Origin: an uncultured Verrucomicrobiae bacterium
GTDB taxonomy: Bacteria; Verrucomicrobiota; Verrucomicrobiia; Chthoniobacterales; UBA10450
DNA: 64,000 nt
Direction: 5' to 3'
NCBI GenBank assembly: GCA_963815455.1
Contig: CAWFGO010000001.1
Span: 1,120,001-1,184,000, forward strand
Shown: positions 49,021 through 58,679 of the stretch, in pieces
Numbering within the stretch: the first letter of the stretch is position 1
Layout of the letters: every line of letters starts with the position of its first letter
Translations under genes and position numbers: made by a program
Notes under the pieces: generated by a model
Told to the model about the DNA's origin: nothing
The model's database searches: none
Seen by the model: the letters and a program-made list of their open reading frames with translations, nothing else

Positions 49021-52000
49021 TGAAAAACTCGATTGTTCTCTGCCTTCTCGGCGTCGCTCTGTCATTCGCCCAAACTGGCCACTCGGCACCCCTGACCGAG
49101 GCGAGGGTTACCAAGATTATCAACGATGTGAAGATCATCGATCCGAGCGCCGTCGCGCATCCCGCCCGCCTCGACGATGTCATCAAAGGCGACCTCGGTT
49201 TGAAGACCGGCATCAAATCGCGTTCTGAACTTCTTTTTCAGGACGACACGCTCACCCGGATCGGCCCGGAAAGTTATTTCAGTTTCAAGCCCGGAACGCG
49301 CGACATGGTTCTCGAGCGCGGCACAATGCTGTTGCAAGTGCCGAAAAACATCGGCGGAGCCAAGATCCACAGCGGAGCAATCACCGCCTCCATCACCGGG
49401 ACAACCATCATGATGGAGCATATTCCCAATCGAAGTCTCAAGGTTCTCGTTCTCGAAGGAAGCCTGCGATTGTCGATCGACGGAAAAATAGGTGACAGCC
49501 TCCTTCTTCTACCGGGCCGGATGATCATCATGCCGCCAAAGGCAACTCGCATTCCGGACCCGGTCACGGTCGATTTGAAGAAAATCGTCAGCACATCGGG
49601 TCTGGTGAAAATGCGCGGCAAGAAGGACGCCGCCGCCACACCTCTTCCAAGCCTGAAACTAATCGAAAAGGAGATTAATAAACAGGAAGCGGAACGAGCG
49701 GCAAACGAGCTGGTGGACACCAATCTGGTAATTGCGGGCAAAGGCACCAAGGTCCTGCTCGGTTCGGACGAGTTGTTAGACAACCTGGCCAGGCATAGCG
49801 ATGCGACACCTCCCTCGAGGGCATCGTTGCCCGAGCCAACGCCGAATCCGACGCCGAATATCAATCCGACACCCAATCCAAATCCCCCGCCCAGCGGAAC
49901 ACCGCCTCCACCACCGCCCGGGCTTTATACTACGGATAGCACGACCACCATCACGACTCGTAATAACGCTCTGACAATCGTGACCCAGGGCGTAACCCAA
50001 TCCGGAGTAGCTTACAAGGACTTGCAGACTAACGGTTCGCCTGCCGGATTTCTCTTTGGCGGTCCTTCGGCTTTCGATAACGAATTTGGTTTCGACACTT
50101 TCTATCTCCAGAACTTCGGCCAAAGCGCGGTCTATACTTTTGATTCGCTCCAGCTGGGAGGAGGCTTGACCTTTGTAACCAGCGACGGGGCCAATCGGGT
50201 CGCTCTGATTGGAAATAATGGCATAACAAATAGCGCCGCCGGCGTGATTCAACTCGGAGGGATCGACAAACTGTTATTCGGAACCCGGAGCGGAAACATC
50301 ACCCTCGATTCCGGAATCTCTTTTGCGGGCACGGGCGAGAAACCTTCGCTTCTGCAATTTTATGCTCGGAACGGCGACCTGAGCATTGGATCAACATTCA
50401 CCCTTCCCAATACGACCTTCCGATTTGGAGCCGAGAACAATGCCCTTCTTGATTCCGGTGTTGCCATTATAGGCAAGAATTTAACCATGACCGGTTTGCA
50501 AACAGCGCGCTTTGACGGCAACGCCAATCTTTCGTCGCTCTTTCAACTCAACGGCGGTGATGTTGCCCTTGGCGGCACTGTGACGGCAAAGACCGGCTTT
50601 CTTTATGGAAGCTCCGCCACAGTCAATGGAACCTTTGCGGGTGAGAATCTGACCGCCAATGTGACCGGGAACTTTAGCTTGGGCGGCTCCGTCTCTCTCC
50701 ACGGAACCAGTCTCCTCCAGATTAACGCCGGCGGTACGGCAACAATCGCAGGAACCGTCGGTGGAAATCTAACAATTAACGCCCACGACATTGTTTTTGG
50801 CATCGACATGGCATTTGCACCAAACGCGAAAGTCGAACTCACCGCCTCGGGCGGCAACATCGATGCTACCGGTCACAGCTTGAGCGGCTTCGACCAGATT
50901 TCGCTGGATGTCGGCAACCTGATTGCGGGCAGCTTGATGGCCAAAACGCTTCTGGTCGGCGGAATCTTGGGCGGCGGATCGATCAATGCCGAGACGATTA
51001 CGACCAATGGATTGCACGTGGATAACGTAACCGCCACCAAAACGCTCACCATCAACAGCCCGGATCTGGCCCCTTACTCTGGCAATACGATTTCAATCAA
51101 CACACCGAGCCTCTTGTTAGTCGCAGGCGCGACCCTGGATGGAGCAAATGGAACCCTGGTTCTCCCGCCTGGAAACGCGTCGAATCTCTCGATCACGACG
51201 GTTAATCTCACGCTGGGCACGAATATAAGCCTCAACGGCGGCGATGGCGACATTAACGTGAGCGATGCCGGCGGCAGCGGCGGCCAGTTGTCCGTCATTA
51301 CCAGTAACTCCCTCACCGTAAACGCGCCTATTTCCGCAACTACCGGCCAGAATAGCACCAGCGGAATGACCGGCGGCGACGGCGGAACCGTAAACCTGAG
51401 CACCAGCGGCACCGTGACGCTAAACAATCGGATCGAGGTTTCATCGAACGACGGAAACCGACGACGCAGTGCCACCGGAGGCAACATTACTGTGACCAGC
51501 ACGAAAACGAGCGGCACCGCCATTTCTGTCGGTAGCAGCGCCCAGCTGCTCGCTCTGTTGGATGCGGCCGCGCCGGGCCCGGGCGGTTCGATCAAGTTCA
51601 TATCCGCCGGAGGCGACATCAACATCAGTGGCACCGCTCAGGCCGATCGCGGCACCGTGCAGGTCGATAACAATGGGACCAGCGGCAAGGTGAATCTCAC
51701 TAACGCGATGTTGCACGGGGACGTCATTAAAATTGGCGCGCTGGGAAGCAATGGCACGCTCAACATCGGCGGCGGAACCATCGACGCCGATTCGGTGATT
51801 AAACTTTATGCCGGAAGCAGCAACGGCACGATCAACTTCACCAACAATGTCACTCTGAGCGGGAACAGTGTTAAAACCATCGCGGCCAACACCGTCACCA
51901 TTTTCAATGGCAAGATGGTCACCATCCTTGGCCCGGCCCCGGCCAATGTCTTTACCCAACATCCCAACTACATGGGCTCCGGAGGAAACGGGACCACGAC

Positions 52001-52058
52001 CGGAACCTTCGGTGGCCAAGGCGCCGTCACATCATCCAGTTCACCGCCGGGGTACTGA
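49020..52058 (+). CDS. FecR-domain exoprotein with a Pro-rich linker and beta-helix-like passenger
   Basis: Signal peptide; TGIKSRSELLFQDDTLTRIG and TASITGTT (FecR-like); PEPTPNPTP linker; G/N/T-rich repeats (GGTVNL, GGNITV). Confidence 0.8.
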   Translation: MKNSIVLCLLGVALSFAQTGHSAPLTEARVTKIINDVKIIDPSAVAHPARLDDVIKGDLGLKTGIKSRSELLFQDDTLTRIGPESYFSFKPGTRDMVLERGTMLLQVPKNIGGAKIHSGAITASITGTTIMMEHIPNRSLKVLVLEGSLRLSIDGKIGDSLLLLPGRMIIMPPKATRIPDPVTVDLKKIVSTSGLVKMRGKKDAAATPLPSLKLIEKEINKQEAERAANELVDTNLVIAGKGTKVLLGSDELLDNLARHSDATPPSRASLPEPTPNPTPNINPTPNPNPPPSGTPPPPPPGLYTTDSTTTITTRNNALTIVTQGVTQSGVAYKDLQTNGSPAGFLFGGPSAFDNEFGFDTFYLQNFGQSAVYTFDSLQLGGGLTFVTSDGANRVALIGNNGITNSAAGVIQLGGIDKLLFGTRSGNITLDSGISFAGTGEKPSLLQFYARNGDLSIGSTFTLPNTTFRFGAENNALLDSGVAIIGKNLTMTGLQTARFDGNANLSSLFQLNGGDVALGGTVTAKTGFLYGSSATVNGTFAGENLTANVTGNFSLGGSVSLHGTSLLQINAGGTATIAGTVGGNLTINAHDIVFGIDMAFAPNAKVELTASGGNIDATGHSLSGFDQISLDVGNLIAGSLMAKTLLVGGILGGGSINAETITTNGLHVDNVTATKTLTINSPDLAPYSGNTISINTPSLLLVAGATLDGANGTLVLPPGNASNLSITTVNLTLGTNISLNGGDGDINVSDAGGSGGQLSVITSNSLTVNAPISATTGQNSTSGMTGGDGGTVNLSTSGTVTLNNRIEVSSNDGNRRRSATGGNITVTSTKTSGTAISVGSSAQLLALLDAAAPGPGGSIKFISAGGDINISGTAQADRGTVQVDNNGTSGKVNLTNAMLHGDVIKIGALGSNGTLNIGGGTIDADSVIKLYAGSSNGTINFTNNVTLSGNSVKTIAANTVTIFNGKMVTILGPAPANVFTQHPNYMGSGGNGTTTGTFGGQGAVTSSSSPPGY

Positions 52059-52060
52059 AG

Positions 52061-53254
52061 GTGAAGGTTCTGCCGGCAACCGAGGGTAAAACGCTTTCAG
52101 GGTTAGGCGAGGCAGGCGCATTTCAGCTTTCCCTGTTCGCTTCTCCTCAGCGCGAGTCTTTCCGCGACAACGATCTCCTCGCCGGAGTCAGCGACGAAGC
52201 CTACGCAGAGATCGAGAAGGCCATCGAGACCGTTCATTACAGCGGAGGCCAACCGATTTTCAATGAAGATGAGCTGGGCGATTGCCTCTACCTCATTGGC
52301 AAAGGCTCGGTCAAAATTTCAAAAAAAGGCCGCGGAGGTCAGCAGGAAACTCTCGCGCATTTGCCCGAACGAGATTTCTTTGGCGAGATGGCGCTGGTAG
52401 ACAGCGGCAGGCGTTCCGCCCAGGCGTCCGCGGTCGGGTACACGATTCTCGGGCGGATCGATCGACAAGGTTGGGATCTTCTCCTTCATCTTTCCCCGCA
52501 CGAAGTGCTCGGAAATTTTACCCGGGCGGTGACGAAACGCCTTCGAAACAACAATCAGCACTTCATCGAACAAATGATGCGCAACGAGCGGCTCTCTCTT
52601 ATTGGCACGACCGTCAGCTCGATCGCGCACGACATGAACAACCCGATCAATTGCATCATGCACGCCTGCGAAGTGATTCACTCCAACATTCGCGGCGAGC
52701 TGGCCGAGGAAATGACCGGTATTATTCGCAAGTCCGTCAAGAGCATGGAAACGATGACCCGCGAGCTGGTCGATTTTTCGCGCGGCAAGACCCAGCTCCA
52801 TTTGGAATCAGTCAGCGTCAAGGATTTCCTGGCCGACCTTCAACCGCACTTTGCCAAGTGCCGGCCGTTCATTGACGTCGAAATCGATGCTCAATACACC
52901 GGCTGTCTTCACATAGATCGACATCGGCTCCTGCGCGTCTTTGCCAACCTGATCCGCAATGCTCGCGAGGCGATGGGGACGGGCGAAAACAATCAGCTCC
53001 GGTTTATCATCGAAAAAATTCTATCAAACGTCCGATTTATCGTTTCGGACACGGGTCACGGCATTCCCAGCGAACTCCTGCCGCAAATTTTCGAACCGTT
53101 CGTGACTCACGGAAAAACGGACGGCACCGGGCTGGGTCTGGCGATTAGCAAAGCCGTGGTCGAAGCGCATCACGGCACGATCTCCGTTTCCAGCAGCAAC
53201 AAAGGCACATCTTTTCGCATCGATTTGCCACTGAACGGGAAAACGACCGGCTAA
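52061..53254 (+). CDS. cNMP-binding-domain histidine kinase
   Basis: FFGEMALVDSGRRSAQA; AHDMNNP; NLIRNA; DTGHGIP; GTGLGLAI. Confidence 0.9.
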   Translation: MKVLPATEGKTLSGLGEAGAFQLSLFASPQRESFRDNDLLAGVSDEAYAEIEKAIETVHYSGGQPIFNEDELGDCLYLIGKGSVKISKKGRGGQQETLAHLPERDFFGEMALVDSGRRSAQASAVGYTILGRIDRQGWDLLLHLSPHEVLGNFTRAVTKRLRNNNQHFIEQMMRNERLSLIGTTVSSIAHDMNNPINCIMHACEVIHSNIRGELAEEMTGIIRKSVKSMETMTRELVDFSRGKTQLHLESVSVKDFLADLQPHFAKCRPFIDVEIDAQYTGCLHIDRHRLLRVFANLIRNAREAMGTGENNQLRFIIEKILSNVRFIVSDTGHGIPSELLPQIFEPFVTHGKTDGTGLGLAISKAVVEAHHGTISVSSSNKGTSFRIDLPLNGKTTG

Positions 53255-54177
53255 TGATCTCCAACGCCGCTGCCTGTCCAATCACGGTTCGTTTTCGCGG
53301 CGTCCGCGGCTCGATCCCTTCGCCCGGAATCGAAACCGCGCGTTACGGCGGTAACACCTCGTGTGTCGAACTCCGGTGTGGCGACGATCTAGTCATCTTG
53401 GATGCCGGAAGCGGAATTCGAGGCCTGGGCAGCGATCTCCTTAATGAGTTCGGCTCGCAATCCATCGAGGCAAATCTGTTAATTTCTCACACCCATTGGG
53501 ACCACATCCAGGGGCTGCCCTTCTTCGCACCCGCTTATTCGCCCGCGAATCGGTTCCAAATTGTCGCCGCCCATGGCTACGGTTCGCGAGTGCAGCTGGC
53601 CCTAACGAACCAAATGAGCGCATTGAATTTCCCGGTCGCGTTCGACCAAATGCGGGGCCTTGCCGGCATCGAAGAGCTCGCCGCCGGCGCAACCCGGCTC
53701 GGAGCTTTCACCGTTCGAACAACCGAACTGAATCACCCGGGCGGCTGCGCCGGATTTCGCCTCGAGGCCGGCGGACTTTCCATAGCTTATCTGCCCGATC
53801 ACGAACCGTTCCATGGAAAGAACGATGGCGAGCTGCTCGATTTTATCCGCGATCTCGATCTCCTGATTCTCGATACCCAATACACGGAAGAGGAATACCG
53901 CCGGCGCGCGGGCTGGGGTCATGGCTGTCTGCCCGAGAGTGTCCGCCTCGCCCTTGCCGGCGACGTTCAAAGGCTATTGTTATTCCACCACGATCCAACG
54001 CACGACGATCAGCAAATCGACCAGATGGTTCGAACCGCGCGCGATTTGGCAAAGGGTTCTGCGTTGATTGTCGATGCTGCGGCGGAAAACCAACCAATAC
54101 GCTTGGCCCGGCCTCTCCCGGCCCCTGTAATGCCGCTCTCGGTCAGTGCGCCGCTTCGCACCTCGGTAGCGGTCTGA
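53254..54177 (+). CDS. MBL-fold metallo-hydrolase (possible cNMP phosphodiesterase)
   Basis: GVRGSIP, YGGNTSCV, LDAGSG, SHTHWDHIQG, GWGH, FHHDP. Confidence 0.85.
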   Translation: MISNAAACPITVRFRGVRGSIPSPGIETARYGGNTSCVELRCGDDLVILDAGSGIRGLGSDLLNEFGSQSIEANLLISHTHWDHIQGLPFFAPAYSPANRFQIVAAHGYGSRVQLALTNQMSALNFPVAFDQMRGLAGIEELAAGATRLGAFTVRTTELNHPGGCAGFRLEAGGLSIAYLPDHEPFHGKNDGELLDFIRDLDLLILDTQYTEEEYRRRAGWGHGCLPESVRLALAGDVQRLLLFHHDPTHDDQQIDQMVRTARDLAKGSALIVDAAAENQPIRLARPLPAPVMPLSVSAPLRTSVAV

Positions 54178-54202
54178 AAAACAGGTGTTCGCCCGCAACG
54201 GC

Positions 54203-54239
54203 TTGCAAATCCGCAATCCGCCATCGAAAATCCGCAATC
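54203..54239 (+). promoter_or_regulatory. Heptamer repeat (AATCCGC) overlapping a possible tRNA promoter
   Basis: aatccgc aatccgc catcgaa aatccgc; TTGCAA-17 nt-GAAAAT. Confidence 0.45.
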
Positions 54240-54243
54240 ACAT

Positions 54244-54317
54244 TACCCCGTGGTGTAACGGTAACACAGCGCCCTTTGGAGGCGTTATTCATGGTTCGAA
54301 TCCATGCGGGGTAGCCA
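54244..54317 (+). tRNA. tRNA-Gln (TTG)
   Basis: Acceptor stem TACCCCG/CGGGGTA; anticodon loop CTTTGGA; T-loop GGTTCGAATCC; encoded CCA. Confidence 0.95.
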
Positions 54318-54440
54318 CGTAAACCTAGAAATTCGTCCCGCATGCCTCCCTGGGGTCTTCCCAGGGGCGCCAGCCCCTCCCGGGGTGGCCTAAAAAAAAT
54401 GCTTGACCCCCTGTCAATAATTTACGAAACCTAGCCGCCT

Positions 54441-55190
54441 ATGAATATCTCCTTGACCCATCGCTCTCTATTATCGGCTGCTTCTCGGCTCACTTGGTGC
54501 GCTGTTACAGCCATCGCGCTCGCAACCACGGCCGCTTTTGCCGGTCCCACGGATTACGACAAGAACGTCGTTCCACCTCTTCCGCCACCGTGCGATTGGC
54601 ACGGCTTCTATATCGGCTTGAACGTCGGCGTGGCGGGTCTCCAGACCGAGATCACCGACATAGATGATTGGTGGGATTATGGTACCTGGAGTCCTGAAGA
54701 CACCAACTTCGCTGGCGGTGGACAAGTCGGCTACAACTGGCAAAGAGGAGCGTTCGTCTTCGGATTTGAGGGTGACGGCGACTATCTGGCTACCGACCAC
54801 ACCCAGACGTATGAATCTACCCCATTGGATAGCCGCTGGAGAGCCATGGTTGATTTCCAGGGAAGCTTTCGCGCACGCGGCGGTATCTCGGTCGATAAGG
54901 CTCTGATCTATGCCACGGCGGGTCTGGCTGTCTCGCATGGAAGGTCCGCCTACCTAAGCGAGGAACCTGGCTACAATGCGTATCAGGACGAGTGGCAGGC
55001 CGGCTTTGTGGGCGGCGTGGGCGTCGAGTACATGCTCAATTGTCACTGGAGCGCACGGATGGAAGCTCTTTACTCCCACTATCCGACGACCGAGACCACG
55101 ATTAGCGGCGACGACTCTTATCACTTCGAGATCCAAAACGAAGTCTGGAGTGTGCGTGTCGGCGTCAACTATTTGTTTGGCGGTCCGTAG
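54441..55190 (+). CDS. Omp25/RopB-like small outer-membrane beta-barrel
   Basis: DWHGFYIGLNVG, GGGQVGYNWQ, GGVGVEY, RVGVNYLF. Confidence 0.85.
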   Translation: MNISLTHRSLLSAASRLTWCAVTAIALATTAAFAGPTDYDKNVVPPLPPPCDWHGFYIGLNVGVAGLQTEITDIDDWWDYGTWSPEDTNFAGGGQVGYNWQRGAFVFGFEGDGDYLATDHTQTYESTPLDSRWRAMVDFQGSFRARGGISVDKALIYATAGLAVSHGRSAYLSEEPGYNAYQDEWQAGFVGGVGVEYMLNCHWSARMEALYSHYPTTETTISGDDSYHFEIQNEVWSVRVGVNYLFGGP

Positions 55191-55214
55191 ACATCAGGCA
55201 AAAAGTTAACTTTG

Positions 55215-55247
55215 AGCAGCCGGGCCTTGTGCCCGGCTGCTTTTTTT
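55215..55247 (+). terminator. Rho-independent terminator
   Basis: AGCAGCCGGGC-CTTGT-GCCCGGCTGCT followed by a T run. Confidence 0.9.
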
Positions 55248-55342
55248 AGCGCGCCGTCCGCGCGGTGGCGCGTTCTGAAACGAAGATCGACAAGCTTCGC
55301 AGCTCTGCGACAATCGCCAGACCGAACGCGCCAACGCACCAC

Positions 55343-55945
55343 ATGAAGCTGTCTGGAATTCCGCGCTTATCTAATGCGTCGCCATTCTGGCAATGGGCGC
55401 TGATGCTCTGCGTCCCGATCTTGTCCCTGCTCATCGTCGGCCGGCACATCTATCTCACCAACAAGCACGATCTGTCGACCTGGAAAGGGGGCGGCATGGG
55501 GATGTTTGCCGACGCCGATGGGCTACAAAACCGTTACGCGAAAGTATTCGTGGTTGCCCCTGATGGGAGACGTAACCCGCTCACTCAGTTTTCGACTGAA
55601 CAGATTGATCTGTTAGAACGAGCCCTTTTGTTTCCGGTCCGCGAAAATTTCCTTCGAGCCGCAAGATCGCTCGCGCAAGAGAACTGGACCGCTACCCGTC
55701 AGCGAATACCGGTGTCCATTTTCGACGTCAAAGGCGAGCCCGTCGGAACTGGCGCGGAGTCATTTTACATGATGGTGCCCTACGGACGACAGTCCGCCGA
55801 GGAAGAACGGAAATGGAGCATGCAAATGCAATTCTGGAAAATGGCCTACGACCCGTTGAAGAAACGCGCCCGCGTTGTCCTGGGTGAAACCTTCACCTTC
55901 GGGCCGGAAGAGCTTTGGCCCAAGGCAGTCCAAACAAAATCATGA
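55343..55945 (+). CDS. Hypothetical membrane-anchored protein
   Basis: N-terminal TM then LSTWKGGGMGMFAD; coupled to the next gene (ATGA). Confidence 0.65.
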   Translation: MKLSGIPRLSNASPFWQWALMLCVPILSLLIVGRHIYLTNKHDLSTWKGGGMGMFADADGLQNRYAKVFVVAPDGRRNPLTQFSTEQIDLLERALLFPVRENFLRAARSLAQENWTATRQRIPVSIFDVKGEPVGTGAESFYMMVPYGRQSAEEERKWSMQMQFWKMAYDPLKKRARVVLGETFTFGPEELWPKAVQTKS

Positions 55946-56904
55946 CCAACGCGGCCGAAAACGACGCGCCCAGCGCCGAGGCAGAGTCTCGCGCTTTGTC
56001 GCCCCGGAGCGGACGTTTTCCCGGCGCGTCGCAATTCCACGCGCTGGTGGAATTCGTGCAAGGTCTCGATCCGCTCCAAGGCGTAAGTCTGCTTACGCTG
56101 GTGCTGGCGGTGATTTTTGGTTTCGAACACTGGCTCTTCCAAATCGTGGCGCGACTCTGCCTTCTGGTGTTTGTGCTGCAGCCTCGCTCCATTCGCAGAG
56201 GGGAATTCTGGCTGGCCCTTTCGCTCGCCGGAACCATCGTCATCGTTCTCGACTGGGAAGGTGCCGATAATCACAAGTATCTGCTGGCTTACTGGCTCTG
56301 GGTTCTGTTTATCGCCCATCTTTTTGCGCAGCCTGAGCGCCAGCAACGTACTGTTCGATTCAATGCGCGGTTCTTTCTCTGCTTTATCTTCCTTGCTGCG
56401 TCAGCGCAGAAGCTCTCTTCGCCCGCTTATCGCTCCGGCGAGATGTTTGAGCACTTGCTCTACGTCGATTCGCGTTTCACCGCATTTGGCAAGCTTATCG
56501 GTATTGACCCGTCCGTGCCGGACGCAGTCCAGAAGAGAATCGCTTTGTTCAGGAGCCCGCTTGCGCAGGTGGAGGATAATGAACTGGAGATTCCCGGCTC
56601 CGATCGCGCCCGCGTCGCCGGGCTGGCGCTTACGTGGTGGGACGTCTCCCTTCAATTGCTAATCGGTTCGCTGCTGCTCGTCCGGCGACCGGTGACGGAC
56701 AGATTCGCGCACATTCTCCTGCTGTTCTTCATACTCACAACCTATCTCCCGGCACCGGTGTTCGGCTTTGGCTGGATCCTGGGCATTATGGGGTTCGCTC
56801 TGGCCAAGGAGAAATTTCCCAAAATCGCGGCCGCTTATCTGATCTGCTTTGCGGTGATACTCATTTACCAGGTGCCCTGGCGGGATTGGGTTCTGGCGAT
56901 GTGA
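55942..56904 (+). CDS. Multi-pass membrane protein, HTTM-like
   Basis: Many TM helices; ADNHKYLLAYW; AASAQKLSSPAYRSG. Confidence 0.6.
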   Translation: MTNAAENDAPSAEAESRALSPRSGRFPGASQFHALVEFVQGLDPLQGVSLLTLVLAVIFGFEHWLFQIVARLCLLVFVLQPRSIRRGEFWLALSLAGTIVIVLDWEGADNHKYLLAYWLWVLFIAHLFAQPERQQRTVRFNARFFLCFIFLAASAQKLSSPAYRSGEMFEHLLYVDSRFTAFGKLIGIDPSVPDAVQKRIALFRSPLAQVEDNELEIPGSDRARVAGLALTWWDVSLQLLIGSLLLVRRPVTDRFAHILLLFFILTTYLPAPVFGFGWILGIMGFALAKEKFPKIAAAYLICFAVILIYQVPWRDWVLAM

Positions 56905-56917
56905 ATGGGGAAGGCCT

Positions 56918-56939
56918 GGCTACTTATTTTCTTTTTGAA
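56918..56939 (+). repeat. Imperfect direct repeat, left copy
   Basis: GGCTACTTATTTTCTTTTTGAA; 20/22 identical to 58658-58679. Confidence 0.6.
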
Positions 56940-56971
56940 AGTTCAGCAATAAACGATCGGCCATACGGCCT

Positions 56972-58321
56972 TTAAATTATTCCGGCAAAAACTTCTTCTG
57001 TATTTGCCTTTCGCATTGGCTGCTTTCTCCAATACGTCAGGCTCCGCCATAACCATTCCACCGGTCCAAACCGGAAATAACGCAACCAGATATGGCTCCA
57101 GATGATTTGAAGAATCCATACCACCGCAACCACGTAGTACAATTGGTAAAACTGCAGTTTGCCGAAATAATCCAGCCCGATTCCGTAAAAGAAGAAACCG
57201 CAAAGCAGTGATTGCATCAGGTAGTTTGTAAAAGCCATCTGGCCCACGGGACGCATCAGAGCAAACAGCCCTTCAAACCAACCGGATTTATACGCCAGCA
57301 TGAGCAATCCGAATATTCCAACCGAATGAACGAAACGCTGCAGTTCATAAAAATCGAATACTTTGGCCTTGGTAATCTCAAACCAGTTGAAATCGTGACG
57401 CACATCGTTACCGACAAACAAATAGGATAATGATAAACCGGCGCCTAATCCGATAACTGTCATCCATATATATACATTCGTATTCACTTCGCCCTGCAAG
57501 ATGCGGAGTTTAAAGAATGCCATTCCCACAAACATAAAAAGCAGGATATCCCACGTAAGAAAACGAAACATGTCGGTTGTTTCCCCTTGCTGGGCCAAGC
57601 TGCTGTGGAACTCATAAATTTCGGCATAGCTTCCTCTTACGGCCTGCCGCTCTTGTTCGACTACTTTGATTTTCGACTCCCGTTTTGATCCCTCTTTATA
57701 TCCCTCCATATCGGCCAGCTGTTGTTTCTGCTTGTCCGTTAGCCGGATGTTGGCGCTATCAATTGCCGCTGCCACTTCTCCTTTTGCGATCATTGATTTT
57801 TGTAAATACAAATCCCTGTTCTCCCTCGCTGTCATCAATAAGAGGCATACGCCTGCTGCCATGAGCAAAGAACGGGGTTGCAGTCTGCGGAAGGCAAAGA
57901 GAACGATCCCGCAAATGGCATAGGAATAAAGAATGTCCCAAAACCAGAGCAATACATATGCATTGAATAGACCGAACACCAGCAGCCATAACTGCCTCCG
58001 TAAAAACAGTTCAGCTGGCATCAAGCCGGTAGTTCTTTTTTCAAGACGGGTAACAAACATGATGACTCCGGCGCCAAACAACATGGAAAAAATGGCCCGC
58101 AGGCTCCCTTCAAGAACGCCGCGGCCGAAGACATACCAGCAAAAATAATTCAGAGGGCTTTGAACATTTAATGAGTAATCAAAAATAGCATCATGGGGCA
58201 GTCCGAAAGCCGGAATATCCATCAGCAAAATTCCCAGGATGGCGAATCCCCGGATGCTGTCGATTAAGGCAATTCTTTCCTGCTGGCCAATGGGTGCGGC
58301 ACCGGCGTGAATCTCAGTCAT
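56972..58321 (-). CDS. DUF418 (YeiB-like) membrane protein with low GC
   Basis: IDSIRGFAILGIL, FSMLFGAG, DILYSYA, GQMAFTNYLMQS, FRFGPVEWLWR. Confidence 0.9.
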   Translation of the reverse strand: MTEIHAGAAPIGQQERIALIDSIRGFAILGILLMDIPAFGLPHDAIFDYSLNVQSPLNYFCWYVFGRGVLEGSLRAIFSMLFGAGVIMFVTRLEKRTTGLMPAELFLRRQLWLLVFGLFNAYVLLWFWDILYSYAICGIVLFAFRRLQPRSLLMAAGVCLLLMTARENRDLYLQKSMIAKGEVAAAIDSANIRLTDKQKQQLADMEGYKEGSKRESKIKVVEQERQAVRGSYAEIYEFHSSLAQQGETTDMFRFLTWDILLFMFVGMAFFKLRILQGEVNTNVYIWMTVIGLGAGLSLSYLFVGNDVRHDFNWFEITKAKVFDFYELQRFVHSVGIFGLLMLAYKSGWFEGLFALMRPVGQMAFTNYLMQSLLCGFFFYGIGLDYFGKLQFYQLYYVVAVVWILQIIWSHIWLRYFRFGPVEWLWRSLTYWRKQPMRKANTEEVFAGII

Positions 58322-58372
58322 GGGATTTGTCCAAATTGTCTAGAAGCGAAGCGATCTCATAAATATTCCCGC

Positions 58373-58469
58373 TGTAGCCGCCCCGTCCCCCACCGGACGG
58401 ACTCGCCGTGGCGAGCTCTGTCGGGGCGTCCCCGGCCTCGGAACACGGCGACAGAGCGCCGTGGCTACA
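58373..58469. repeat. GTAG-type REP-like element with nested hairpins
   Basis: Termini TGTAGCC...GGCTACA; inner CTCGCCGTGGCGAG. Confidence 0.7.
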
Positions 58470-58657
58470 ACGTAAGACGCCATTTATAAGATTGCTTGGC
58501 CGAGGAGAAATTTAAGGGGCCGGGAGGCGGCGATCCTGGCGGTGAAATGGTTCGCGGTCGCGTTGGCATTCACGGATTCTTCCTCAACACGGATATTAAG
58601 AGAATGACGCGCGTCGCGTGATCACGCTTGATCCGGCGTGGGGCGAAGCCGTTTACC

Positions 58658-58679
58658 GGCTACTTCTTCTCTTTTTGAA
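58658..58679 (+). repeat. Imperfect direct repeat, right copy (3' end of the adjacent gene)
   Basis: GGCTACTTCTTCTCTTTTTGAA. Confidence 0.6.

Noticed and set aside
49830..49920. Tandem CCGACGCCGAAT-like repeats
   Set aside because: Explained by the Pro/Thr/Asn protein linker; the same applies at about 59170-59195 and 15930-15980
54403..54417. FNR/Crp-like site TTGAC-N5-GTCAA before the OMP gene
   Set aside because: Spacer is 5 nt rather than 4; single instance; may just be a -35 element
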